Assembly (NCBI GenBank): GCA_036012755.1
Contig: DASCPX010000070.1
Location: forward strand, 256,001-320,000
DNA from: Myxococcota bacterium
GTDB taxonomy: Bacteria > Myxococcota_A > UBA796 > CAJQPC01
DNA: 64,000 bases
Direction of reading: 5' to 3'
In this document: one piece after another, positions 9,205 to 22,426 of the stretch
Position numbering within the stretch: position 1 is the first letter of the stretch
How the letters are laid out: the number at the start of each line of letters is the position of its first letter
Position numbers and translations under genes: made by a program
Notes under the pieces: model-generated
What the model was told of the DNA's origin: nothing
Seen by the model: only the letters and a program-made list of their open reading frames with translations
Databases searched by the model: none

Positions 9205-10770
9205 TTGGCCAGTTACCTCAAGGAATCTCTTCGCCAGGCCCTGCAGGACGTGAAGGGACGGGACGGCGGAAAGGCCCCGCCGCGGAAGTCAGCGCGCGCC
9301 AAGGCCGACGCTCCTCCGGACCCGAAGGCCGCGGTTCGACCTCAGGGGATCCCTCTTTCGAGCGAGCCTTCCTTCGACGAGGACATCACGGATTCGGCGA
9401 GCGCCGGTGGCGGAGGCGCGACGGTCTCGGTGAACGCCCCGATGGAGCCGCCGAACATCTCAGCCATGGCCGAGGCCTTTGATCGCCCGGTCATCGTGGC
9501 GCCTCCTCCGACCCGATTCCAGCCGCTGGAGCCGAAGTCCCTGGCCGCCGCGGGCATCGACGAGGGCTTCGTCGAGGGGCTCGTGCTGAAGTACCTCCTG
9601 GGCGCCCCCGGCGCGACGGGTCGCCAGGCGGCGTCGACCCTGGCGCTCCCCCGAAAGCCCATCGCGGACATCCTCGCGAAGCTCAAGGCGCTCAAGCAGG
9701 TCGAGATCAAGTCGGGCACCGCCACTGGTGACTTCCGCTACGACCTCACCTCGGCAGGCAGGAACAGGGTCGTCGACCTCCTCCAAACCAGCCGCTATGT
9801 CGGTCCGGCGCCGGTCACCTTCGAGCAGTACCTCGTCAGCGTGCGCGAGCAGAGCATCGCGAACGAGAGCCCCAGGAAGGCGGACCTCGAGCGCGCCTTC
9901 CAGGATCTCCTCGTGTCCGAGAAGCTGCTCCAGCAGCTCGGCCCGGCGATGACCTCGGGCAAGGGCCTGTTCCTCTTCGGCTTTCCAGGAAATGGCAAGA
10001 CCTCTCTCGCCGAGCGCATGACGCGCGCCTTCGGGACGAGCGTCTACCTTCCCCACGCCGTCCTCGTCGAAGGCACCCTCATCAAGGTCTTCGATCCGAT
10101 GGTGCACGAGTCGTTGGAGGGAGGCGGGCGCGCCACGCTCTCCGCGCGGGAACGGCTCGACCCCCGCTGGGTGAAGTGCCGTCGCCCGACCGTGGTCGCC
10201 GGCGGTGAGCTGACGATGGACAGCCTCGAGATCGAATTCGACGCGCGCACGGGGATCTGCGAGGCGCCGCTCCAGATGAAGGCCAACTGCGGCACGCTGG
10301 TCATCGACGACTTCGGTCGCCAGCGGATGGACTCGGCGACCCTGTTGAACCGGTGGATCGTGCCGCTGGAGCAACGCATCGACTACCTGCGGCTCCCTGA
10401 CGGGCGCAAGGTGCAGGTGCCCTTCGATCCGCTCCTGGTCTTCTCCACCAACCTCGATCCCAAGGACCTCTGCGACGAGGCCTTCCTGCGGCGCATCCCC
10501 TACAAGGTCAACGTCGAGGACCCAGCCGAGCGCGACTTCCGCACGCTGTTGCACATCCAGGCGGTCTCTCTCGGCTTCGAGCCGGACGACGGGTGCTTCG
10601 AGTACCTGATCGAGCGCCACTACCGGCGCGCCGGGAGGCCCTTCCGTAATTGTCATCCCCGGGATCTGCTGTTGCAGATCAAGCACCAGTGCACCTTCAG
10701 GGAAAAGGACCTGGTGCTGACCAAGGCGGGATTCGACGAGGCAGCCAACCTCTACTTCACGCTGCTCTGA
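9205..10770 (+). CDS. AAA-family ATPase with N-terminal low-complexity region
   Basis: Walker A GFPGNGKTS, Walker B LVIDDFGRQ, FSTNL, DEAFLRRI; TTG 9205 after GGGAG. Confidence 0.85.
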   Translation: MASYLKESLRQALQDVKGRDGGKAPPRKSARAKADAPPDPKAAVRPQGIPLSSEPSFDEDITDSASAGGGGATVSVNAPMEPPNISAMAEAFDRPVIVAPPPTRFQPLEPKSLAAAGIDEGFVEGLVLKYLLGAPGATGRQAASTLALPRKPIADILAKLKALKQVEIKSGTATGDFRYDLTSAGRNRVVDLLQTSRYVGPAPVTFEQYLVSVREQSIANESPRKADLERAFQDLLVSEKLLQQLGPAMTSGKGLFLFGFPGNGKTSLAERMTRAFGTSVYLPHAVLVEGTLIKVFDPMVHESLEGGGRATLSARERLDPRWVKCRRPTVVAGGELTMDSLEIEFDARTGICEAPLQMKANCGTLVIDDFGRQRMDSATLLNRWIVPLEQRIDYLRLPDGRKVQVPFDPLLVFSTNLDPKDLCDEAFLRRIPYKVNVEDPAERDFRTLLHIQAVSLGFEPDDGCFEYLIERHYRRAGRPFRNCHPRDLLLQIKHQCTFREKDLVLTKAGFDEAANLYFTLL

Positions 10771-10810
10771 GTTCGAGTCCAGTAGAGTCGTCCTCCTCGG
10801 AGGGCTTGGG

Positions 10811-12324
10811 ATGACGACCAGGGCGAGCGTCGCGGTCGACGCGGACTTCGACAACTGTCGCGACCTCCTGCGGCGGCTGTTCGCCTCACTCGACGGCGCG
10901 TGCGAGGACGCTGGACGGAGACCTGCCAGGCCAAGCAGGTCATCTTCCGGCGGGGCGAGGACAGTGATCGTGTCTGGTATGTCCAGAGCGGCATCATCGA
11001 CGAGTGGCACCGCGACACGTGGTTGGGCACGCGTGAGCCTGGAGTCCTGGCCGGCGAGCGGCTCGTGCTGGCCGATATGCCCAGGCACACCGAGCTGCGT
11101 ACGATCGTGCCAACGGCTCTGTTGGAGGTGCCCGGCGACGCCCTTCGCAGGGTGATGGAGGAGACCCCCGGCTGGTTCCACTTCGCCGGCTTCCTGGGCT
11201 ACTTCGCTGGCAGCAATGCCGTGGAGGGGGCGCTGGAGGCGGCCTGCCAGCTGGACACGACCAGCTACCAGTTCTTCCCGGGGGCACCCGCGTCGTCGTG
11301 CTGCCGGGGCCATACCAGGCCACCAACATCCGCATGGCGTACATCCCCATCCAGCGGCCCGCGGACGGCTGGATCGAGCACCACATGCCGCCGGCCATCC
11401 GGTGGCATCCGGCCTTTCCGTTCGCCATCCTGATGATCGCCAGCTTCAAGGACTTCGCGCCCTCCGGGATCGAGCTCGATGCCGGCGGCGGAGCGGAGTA
11501 CACCGAGACCGGGTTCTTGCTGCCGGCCCTTCTCGACGGTCAAATCCGGGGCTTCATCCCCTGGATCTTCCCCAGCAACATCGCGGCGATGTTCGCTGGC
11601 CGGGAGATCTACGGCTACCCGAAGACCTACGCGAACACGATCTTCGACGAGCGCTTCAGCCGCTTCATCCTGCGCCGTCGAGGCGACAACGCGATGACCG
11701 TGCGCTTCGCTCATCGCACCTGGGGCGAGGTGCGCCCGGGCGAGGTCATCGACCTCTTCCGCAACATGGGTGCCGTGATGTCCCTCCCGTGGAGGCGGGT
11801 CGAGGGCAAGCCGGGGTTCGACAACCCGGTCATCCCCCCGCCCGTGAACAAGCCCTTCCCGATCCCGTTGTTCGGTGCCCTCGGTCCATACATGGAGATG
11901 GTGTCCGGTCTGTTGCCGCTGTTGCCCGGGGTGCTGCGGACCCTGCCCGTGGCCTGTTGGAAGAGGAACTTCAGCTCGGCGATTCGCTATCCGGGCGAGC
12001 TCATCATCGCCCTGGATGGCAGATGACTTCGACGTCGACCAGATCGCCGGCAGCGCCTTCGTCGTCGACGGGCTCTCGCGTTGCACCCCGATCCGCCTCG
12101 ACCACCCCGAAGGCATCCGCATGCGCTACGCCGGCGAGACCGATCTGGATCCTGGCGACCAGGGGCACGAACAGATCTTGCGGCCGCTGGGTCCGCTGGG
12201 CCTGTGGCTCGAGTACGACATGACCATGACCACCGGGTCACAGCTCGTCGACTTCAAGCGGCGGGGCGCCGAGGGCCAGGCCCGCCGCCTCGAGTACGGC
12301 CCCAGGGCTCGCAGCGAAGACTGA
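10811..12324 (+). CDS. cNMP-binding domain + acetoacetate decarboxylase-like domain protein (about 3 frameshifts)
   Basis: Stitched from track frames 10811, 10900, 11298, 11875: IFRRGEDSDRVWYVQSG..AGE..PR (cNMP) then YTE and AGREIYGYPK (ADC family). Confidence 0.65.
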
Positions 12325-12330
12325 GGCCCC

Positions 12331-13689
12331 TCAGTCGTCGTCCCTGATGACCAGCCACCCCGCCACCAGGAACAGCGGCACCGGCAGCCAGTAGATCTGC
12401 AGCAGCGGGTTCTTCCAGGGCCACCAGCGCTTGTAGCGCGAGGCCAGCGACATCGGCATCGGGTGGAGCTCGCCTTCGCGGATCTCGACCCCTGTCATCG
12501 TGGCCTCGAATGTGCCGAGGATCGCTTCGTCGCCGTCCTCTGCCAGCGCCTTGCAGAGCAGGCCGATGTCGTCGTAGGCCGTGTAGAAGACCGAGGCGTG
12601 GACAGGCTCCTCGAAGACCTCGCCCTGCACCCGCCAGAGGAAGGCCTCGCGGTGGGCGAGCTCGATGAAGCGGACCTCGTCCTCGACCTTCGCGTACAGC
12701 GGCACGGTGGTGTCCAGGTCGACGAACTGCTCGTCGCCGCTGGACTCCAGGCGGTACTTGCCGCCCTTGAGCACGACCCGCATGGCGGTCTTGAAGTTCT
12801 CCACCGCGTCGGTGGACTTGGCGGGGTCCAGGACCTCCAGCGGTGCGCCGGAGACCGCCTCGCAGTCGAAGACGCTCCGGTTCAGCTGTGCCGGGTCGAC
12901 CACGTGGAAGGTGGCCAGGAGCCCGGTGAAGGGTCCGTCCCCCGAGATGCGCTTGGAGTCGGGCGCCTCTTCCTCTGTCAGGGCTCGCAAGCCGGTCGGG
13001 ATCTCGACCGTGTAGCCGGCCTCTGCTTCGTAGCTGCCGTAGGGAAGGTCCAGCTCCGGGATGGGCGGCTCGAGCACCACGGCCATCTCCAGCACGCTGG
13101 CCAGGACGCTGTCCGCGCGCTCCAGGGTGTCCGAGCTCGTCGCGCGGATGATCACCGCGCCGCCCTTGACGTTGAAGACGACCGTCTGGGACCACAGGTC
13201 CCGCTCCAGCCAGCCGTCCCAGATGTGGGCGTTGACATAGAGGACCTCGCCGAGCTCCTCGTGCTCGAAGCGCTGCAGCTCTCCGGCGGTGATCTCCAGG
13301 TCCTCGTCGTCCATCGGCAGGATCTGCTCGACGATCTCCCCGCCGAGCTTCGTGAGGTCCGGCTGGTAGAAGGTCGCGCTGAAAACGACGTCGGTGTACT
13401 CGGAGCTGTTCCGCATGCCGACGCGGGTGTCCATCGTCGCGTCGTTGACGGTCCAGCCCCACACCTGGAAGCCGTCCGCGGGATCCGGGACGTGGATCTC
13501 CAGCTCGAGGCCCGGCACGGGGATCGCCGTCGAGTGGACCGGCTCCTCGAGCTCTCCCTCGACGGGGGGGTCCTCTTCCTGGGGCAGCGACCAGCTCGGT
13601 GCGGTCTCCAGGAGGCTGAGGTCGACAGGCTCGCGCTCGGTGACCAAGGGGTCCTGGGCGAGGGACAGCGACAGCAGGGAGAGGACCAC
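12331..13689 (-). CDS. Exported hypothetical protein with C-terminal membrane anchor
   Basis: Short signal peptide (VVLSLLSLSLA/QD), acidic body, C-terminal TM (QIYWLPVPLFLVAGWLVI). Confidence 0.75.
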   Translation of the reverse strand: MVLSLLSLSLAQDPLVTEREPVDLSLLETAPSWSLPQEEDPPVEGELEEPVHSTAIPVPGLELEIHVPDPADGFQVWGWTVNDATMDTRVGMRNSSEYTDVVFSATFYQPDLTKLGGEIVEQILPMDDEDLEITAGELQRFEHEELGEVLYVNAHIWDGWLERDLWSQTVVFNVKGGAVIIRATSSDTLERADSVLASVLEMAVVLEPPIPELDLPYGSYEAEAGYTVEIPTGLRALTEEEAPDSKRISGDGPFTGLLATFHVVDPAQLNRSVFDCEAVSGAPLEVLDPAKSTDAVENFKTAMRVVLKGGKYRLESSGDEQFVDLDTTVPLYAKVEDEVRFIELAHREAFLWRVQGEVFEEPVHASVFYTAYDDIGLLCKALAEDGDEAILGTFEATMTGVEIREGELHPMPMSLASRYKRWWPWKNPLLQIYWLPVPLFLVAGWLVIRDDD

Positions 13690-13733
13690 TCGAAAGCTCC
13701 AGACGGTGGTGTCTAACAGGCTAGGATGCGTTC

Positions 13734-14996
13734 ATGCTGTGGATTCTCGGTGTTGCCCAGGGGGTCGAACTCGTCGGACCAGAGGACGGTGCTGTCGACC
13801 TGCCGACCGAGGTGGTGCTCGAAGTGGCGGCAGATGCCGAGGTGCGCTTTTTTGGGCGCGGCCCCTGGGAGCCTGGCGAGGACTTCAGCATCATCGTCCT
13901 GCCGGACACCCAGTTCTACGCCTGCGACTGCAGCGGTGGGGAGAGCGCGACCTTCTACGCCCAGACCGAGTGGGCGGTGTCGGTGCTCGAGACACGGAAC
14001 GTGAAGTTCGTCACCCACCTCGGTGACTGCGTCGAGCACGGTGACGACGAGATGTCCGAGTGGGATGTCGTCGCGGCGGCCTACGAGACCATCGAGGCCT
14101 CTGGTGTTCCCTTTGGCGTCGCGGTCGGCAACCGCGACCAGAGCCCCTACGGGGACCCCGACGGGACCACCGTCGGCTACAACCAGACCTTCGGGATCGA
14201 GCGCTTCGAAGGCTACTCCTGGTACGGCGGCCATCGTGGCGACGACAACGACAACCACTACGAGACCTTCAGCGGCGGCGGCCTGGACTGGATCATCGTC
14301 CACGTCGAGTACGACCAGTCGTCCGAGAGCGAGCTGGCCGCGTGGGTGGCGTCTGTGCTGGAGGACCACCGGGACCACGCCGCGATCGTCGTCTCCCACT
14401 ACCTGCTGAACGGGAGCGGTCAGTTCTCCACCCAGGGAGAGCTCCTCGACGAGGCCCTCGCGGACTACGACGTCGTGGCGATGCTCGCCGGGCACTACAC
14501 GGCGGAGACCCACCGCAGCGATGACCACGGCGACCACACGGTCCACACGATGCTCTCGGACTACCAGGCGCTCGACAACGGCGGCGACGGGTGGATGCGC
14601 ATCCTGACCATCTCGCCCCGAGATGACACGATCACGGTCGAGACTTGGTCCCCGACCCGTGGCGAGTACCAGGACGACGCCGACAGCAGCTTCACCCTCG
14701 AGCGCGCTTTGTCCGCGCCCTGGGTGGATCTCGGGAGCTCGGCCGTCAGCGTCCAGTGGTCCGGCCTCGAGTACGCGACGGCTTATGAGTGGCGCGTCGT
14801 CGAAGAGGACGGGACCACGTCGGGTCCCTGGACCTTCACGACCGCCGCAGAGGCCCAGGTCGAGGACTCCGTAGGAGACTCGGGCAGAGCCCAGATCTCG
14901 ACCCAGCCGGGCTGTGGCTGCGGCTCCGGCGGTGCGGGCTTCTGGCTCCTGGGCGCCCTCTGGCTCAGCGCTCGGCGGAGATCTCCTCGGCGGTGA
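13734..14996 (+). CDS. Secreted calcineurin-like metallophosphoesterase with MYXO-CTERM-like sorting signal
   Basis: LPDTQ, HLGD, VGNRD, SHY, AGH; tail GCGCGSGGAGFWLLGALWLSARRR. Confidence 0.85.
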   Translation: MLWILGVAQGVELVGPEDGAVDLPTEVVLEVAADAEVRFFGRGPWEPGEDFSIIVLPDTQFYACDCSGGESATFYAQTEWAVSVLETRNVKFVTHLGDCVEHGDDEMSEWDVVAAAYETIEASGVPFGVAVGNRDQSPYGDPDGTTVGYNQTFGIERFEGYSWYGGHRGDDNDNHYETFSGGGLDWIIVHVEYDQSSESELAAWVASVLEDHRDHAAIVVSHYLLNGSGQFSTQGELLDEALADYDVVAMLAGHYTAETHRSDDHGDHTVHTMLSDYQALDNGGDGWMRILTISPRDDTITVETWSPTRGEYQDDADSSFTLERALSAPWVDLGSSAVSVQWSGLEYATAYEWRVVEEDGTTSGPWTFTTAAEAQVEDSVGDSGRAQISTQPGCGCGSGGAGFWLLGALWLSARRRSPRR

Positions 14997-16347
14997 TCAC
15001 GTGGTCTGGGACCCGGTCGATCTCTTCGAGCTGGTGGGCGATCCAGTCCCCCGAGCCCGTGATCACCCAGATGCGTCGCTCGGGGACGAGCCACTTCCTG
15101 GCAGCGATCGCGACGTCCGCGGGGGTGACCGCCTCCAAGGCGTCCAGGTCGCGGTCCCAGATATCGAGCCCCAGTGACCATGCCTGGGCGAGCAGCAGCT
15201 GCTGACACACGAGCTCGATGCGCGAGAAGTCCTGGGCCTGCTCGAGCAGCAGGTGGGCCATCGCTCGGTCGACCTCTGCTTGCGACACGCCCTCCTCCTC
15301 GATTTGGTCCAGGTGCTCCTCGGCGCCGAGGAAGGCCTCGCCGATGTCGTCGAGCGCGGTGTCGAGGTCGATGCGGAGCATTCCCAGGCCCGTCCAGGCG
15401 CGCATGTCTCCGTGGACCCCGTATGTGAGCCCGCGTTGCTCGCGGAGGTCCATGCTCATGCGGCTGTCGAAGCTGCCCGCGAGGATGCCCCACAGGACGC
15501 GCACGGGCGCCTCGTCGGGGTGGCCCGCTGGCGGCCCCTCGAGCGCTACCGTGAGCTTGGCGACCTCGAAGCCCGTGCGGTCGATCAGCCAGCGTCCGCC
15601 TTGGCCTTCGATGTCCTGGTAGGGCTCGGCCGGGGTGTCGCCCCGGAGCTGGCCGAAGTGCTGCTCCAACAGCGGCATCAGCTCCTCGACGTCGGCGTCG
15701 CCCGCCACGCTGAGGCTGGCCCGGCCCTCTCGCAGGACTCGCGCGACGAGGTCCTCTGCGTCCCGGGCGGTGAGCTCGCCGAGGTCATCCGTCCTGCTCG
15801 CATGTCGCAGGCTGTGGCCGATGGGGAAGAAGGCGTGGTTCACCGCGCGCTCGTGTACCGAGTGGATGCGGTACTCGATCGTCTCCCTGTGGGTGGTCCA
15901 GTAGTCGAGGTAGATCCTGGCCACCTTCCGGCGGAAGCGCGGCTCGAACAGGGCCTCGGCGACCAGGGCGAGGGCCTCGGCTTCGCGCCCCCGAGGCACG
16001 CGCAGGCTGGCTGACAGGCGGCTCTGGGTGAGCCTGAGGTCCACCCGGGCGCCCAGGCTCTGCAGGGCCGACTGCCACGCCGTCGCGTCACGCCGCTGCG
16101 TGTCCGTCCCCAAGAGCTCAGTGGCGAGGGTCGCAAGCAGCTCGCCCTGCTCGAGGTCCGCGTACTCAGCGGTGACGCCGAGCTTGATCTGCACCATCGG
16201 GATGTCGTCGCGGCGGGCGAAGATCACCGGTGTGCCGGAGGACAGGGCGTACTCCTCGAGCTCGGGGAAGACCGGGCGCTCCGGTGGCGTGGCCACAGGG
16301 GCCAACCGAGGCTCGGTCGCCAGGGCCAGGCAGCAGAGCAAGATCAC
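14965..16347 (-). CDS. M16 (insulinase) peptidase, non-catalytic subunit
   Basis: LSSGTPV, GSFDSRMSMDLREQRGLTYGV, VTPADV; no HxxEH; GTG 16347 overlaps upstream TGA. Confidence 0.88.
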   Translation of the reverse strand: MILLCCLALATEPRLAPVATPPERPVFPELEEYALSSGTPVIFARRDDIPMVQIKLGVTAEYADLEQGELLATLATELLGTDTQRRDATAWQSALQSLGARVDLRLTQSRLSASLRVPRGREAEALALVAEALFEPRFRRKVARIYLDYWTTHRETIEYRIHSVHERAVNHAFFPIGHSLRHASRTDDLGELTARDAEDLVARVLREGRASLSVAGDADVEELMPLLEQHFGQLRGDTPAEPYQDIEGQGGRWLIDRTGFEVAKLTVALEGPPAGHPDEAPVRVLWGILAGSFDSRMSMDLREQRGLTYGVHGDMRAWTGLGMLRIDLDTALDDIGEAFLGAEEHLDQIEEEGVSQAEVDRAMAHLLLEQAQDFSRIELVCQQLLLAQAWSLGLDIWDRDLDALEAVTPADVAIAARKWLVPERRIWVITGSGDWIAHQLEEIDRVPDHVITAEEISAER

Positions 16348-17675
16348 GGCGGGTAGGCCCTGCTCGAGTTCTTCAGCGCGAAGACCTCGTCCTCTCCCGG
16401 GGCGACGACGCTGAGCAGGATGCGGTCCTCGCCCAGCCACGTTCGAGCGACGCGCTGCACGTCTTCCGGGGTCACCGACGCAACGGTTTGCATCTCCTCC
16501 GACCAGCAGTCCGCGTCGCCGTGGTTCGCTGCACACACCGCGAGCACGTCGGCGAGCACGTCGGCGTCCTGGAGCGCCGGCAGCTCGTCCCCCAGCCAGG
16601 CTCCCACGACCCGGTCGACCTCCTCCTGCCGGACGCCACAGCGCTGGATGCGGGCGATCTCCCGGTCGACGACCCGGAGAGCCGGAGCCAGCGGCTCGTC
16701 CGGGCGCTCGAAGGCCACGACGAACTCCCCACCAAGGCGTCCGTTCGAGGTCCACGCTCCGACCTCTGTGACGCGACCGCGATCATAGAGGAGGGGATCG
16801 TCGAGGCGGGTCCCGCGCTCACCGCTGAGGATGAGGGAGAGCACGTCCAGGGCCGCCTCGTCGGGGTGACCGTGGGGCACGGTGGGCCAGGCGACATACA
16901 TCGCCGGGTGGGCCCGGTCGTCGACCATGACCCAGCGCTCGCTCCCCATCAGCTCGTGCGGGATGCCCTCTGTGCGTGCCGGCGACGGGCCCGTCGGTAC
17001 CTCGCCGAACCAGTGCTCCGCCCGCTCCACCACCGTCTCGGCGTCGATGTCCCCGACGACGACGAGGATCGCGTTGTCGGGGCCGTACCAGCTCCGGAAG
17101 AACTGCTCCAGCTCCTCGCGCTCGACCTCCAGGATGTCGGTCGTCGTTCCGAGCACCGGGTACTGGTAGGGGTGGCCCTCCGGGTACAGGAGCCAGGACA
17201 TCGTGTACTGGGGGTGGGCGTTGTCGCTGAGCTCGTCGCCGAGGCGTTCGTTGACCACGACGTCCCGCTGGTTCGCGAGATCGACGTCGTCGAAGCCCTC
17301 CAGGAGCCAGCCCATGCGGTCGGACTCGACGAAGAAGAGCAGCTCCAGCGCCCCGGGGTGGGCCTCCATCGTGTAGACGGTCCAGTCGTGGCTGGTCCAG
17401 GCGTTGGTGGTGACGCCCGCCGCGCCGAGCAGCGCGTCGACACCCTGATCGCTGTCCGGCTGCGGGATCGAGCGACTGCCCTCGAACATCAGGTGCTCGA
17501 AGAGGTGGGCCTTGCCGGTGCGCCCTCCGTCGAGCTGGTCCTCTGCTGCGCCGACCTTGTACAGGAGCGAGGTGGCCAACAGCGGCGCGCTGTGATCCTC
17601 GTGCACTACGACGGTGAGCCCGTTGTCGAGGGTGACGACCGTCGGCGACAGCTGCAGGGCTGAGAGCATCCACAC
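16344..17675 (-). CDS. M16 zinc peptidase, catalytic subunit
   Basis: TLDNGLTV, AHLFEHLMFEGS (HxxEH), NAWTSHDWT, VVVNER, HPY. Confidence 0.93.
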   Translation of the reverse strand: MWMLSALQLSPTVVTLDNGLTVVVHEDHSAPLLATSLLYKVGAAEDQLDGGRTGKAHLFEHLMFEGSRSIPQPDSDQGVDALLGAAGVTTNAWTSHDWTVYTMEAHPGALELLFFVESDRMGWLLEGFDDVDLANQRDVVVNERLGDELSDNAHPQYTMSWLLYPEGHPYQYPVLGTTTDILEVEREELEQFFRSWYGPDNAILVVVGDIDAETVVERAEHWFGEVPTGPSPARTEGIPHELMGSERWVMVDDRAHPAMYVAWPTVPHGHPDEAALDVLSLILSGERGTRLDDPLLYDRGRVTEVGAWTSNGRLGGEFVVAFERPDEPLAPALRVVDREIARIQRCGVRQEEVDRVVGAWLGDELPALQDADVLADVLAVCAANHGDADCWSEEMQTVASVTPEDVQRVARTWLGEDRILLSVVAPGEDEVFALKNSSRAYPP

Positions 17676-17685
17676 GCCGGACAGC

Positions 17686-21251
<3,566 letters not shown>

Positions 21252-21255
<4 letters not shown>

Positions 21256-22163
21256 GGCTTGTCCGCGACCAGGGTGAGGACCTCGAAGTGGGGGACGCGC
21301 CGCTCGCGGGAGGTCACCGCGCACTGGCGCACGACCAGCCCAGCAGCGCGTGACCAGTCGGAGAGCACCTCGACGGAGAAGCCGAGGTGGACGTGGTCAT
21401 AGGGGGCCACGGCGTCGGTGTGGCCGTGCTGGCGCAGGACCGTGGCGATCAGGCGACCGCCGGGCGCGAGGACCCGCGCCGCTTCGGCGATGGCGAGGGC
21501 CGGGTTCCTGGCGAAGACCAGCGCCGTCAGGATGAGGGCGAGGTCGAAGCTGCCCGAGTCGAAGGGCAGCTCGTGCAGGTCACCGTGAACGAAGCGCATC
21601 GTGTCTTCGGCCCGCTCCCGACCACGTTCCAGCACCCGCTCGCTGGCGTCGAGACATGTCACGGTCTCAGCGAAGGGAGCCAACAGGCGCGCGACGCTGC
21701 CGTCACCGGAGGCGATGTCGAGCACCCGGCCACCGCGGAGCCCGCCAGCGAGACCTCGGGCGAGGGACTCCCAGGTCCGGCCCGGGGAGTAGTGGCGCTC
21801 CATCGTGCCCGCCACGGCGTCGGCCCAGGTCCCGCCGCGGGCTGCCACGACGCCCTTCATGCGCTCCCTGTCTCGCGCCAGGAGTGGGTCGTCCGCGGCA
21901 GCCAGCACTGCGGTGACCGTGTCGTCCTCGACGGCTCGAGGATGCAGTCGGTACCAGGCCGAGCTGCCGGACCGACGATCGGCGACCAGGGAGGCGTCGC
22001 GGAGGCGGCCCAGGTGCGTCGAGACCCGTGGCTGGGGCAGCTCGGTGGCCGCGACGAGCTCCGCGACCGTGAGCTCCTCTTCGCGCAACAGCGCCAGCAG
22101 GCGCAGCCGCGTAGGGTCACCGAGGAGCTTGCAGAGTTCCGTCGTCGAGGCGATGGTCGGCAT
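21252..22163 (-). CDS. ArsR-family regulator fused to SAM-dependent methyltransferase (SahR/SamR type)
   Basis: [40 protein letters not shown]; coupled to metH. Confidence 0.9.
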
Positions 22164-22171
22164 CGCTCAGG

Positions 22172-22204
22172 ACTCTAATATCCCCTCATCGCGATAGCAA
22201 GATG
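22172..22204 (-). promoter_or_regulatory. Sigma-70-type promoter overlapped by two ATC-N10-GAT palindromes (candidate operator)
   Basis: Minus strand TTGCTA-N17-TAGAGT-N8-ATG; TATC-N10-GATA at 22179-22196 and CATC-N10-GATG at 22187-22204. Confidence 0.6.
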
Positions 22205-22234
22205 TCTACCACACCGGGGCGCAGTAGCCCTCGG

Positions 22235-22420
22235 TCAGCCTGTCGCAGGACGTCTCTTCGATGCAGGCGGCCCAGAGCTCTTCCTGGGCGCGGTTCTCGA
22301 GCCCACCGACTCGTTCGAGCCCGTGAGCTCATAGGGGTCGTAGTCCCCGACCTCACCCCGTTCCTGGCGGGCTTGCTGGCAGGGTTGCGTGAGGAAGCAG
22401 GAGGACAACAGCAGGATCAT
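22235..22420 (-). CDS. Possible small lipoprotein (may be truncated)
   Basis: MILLLSSC start 6 nt after the S8 peptidase stop; same short-lipobox pattern as other genes here. Confidence 0.35.
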   Translation of the reverse strand: MILLLSSCFLTQPCQQARQERGEVGDYDPYELTGSNESVGSRTAPRKSSGPPASKRRPATG

Positions 22421-22426
22421 GGCTGC

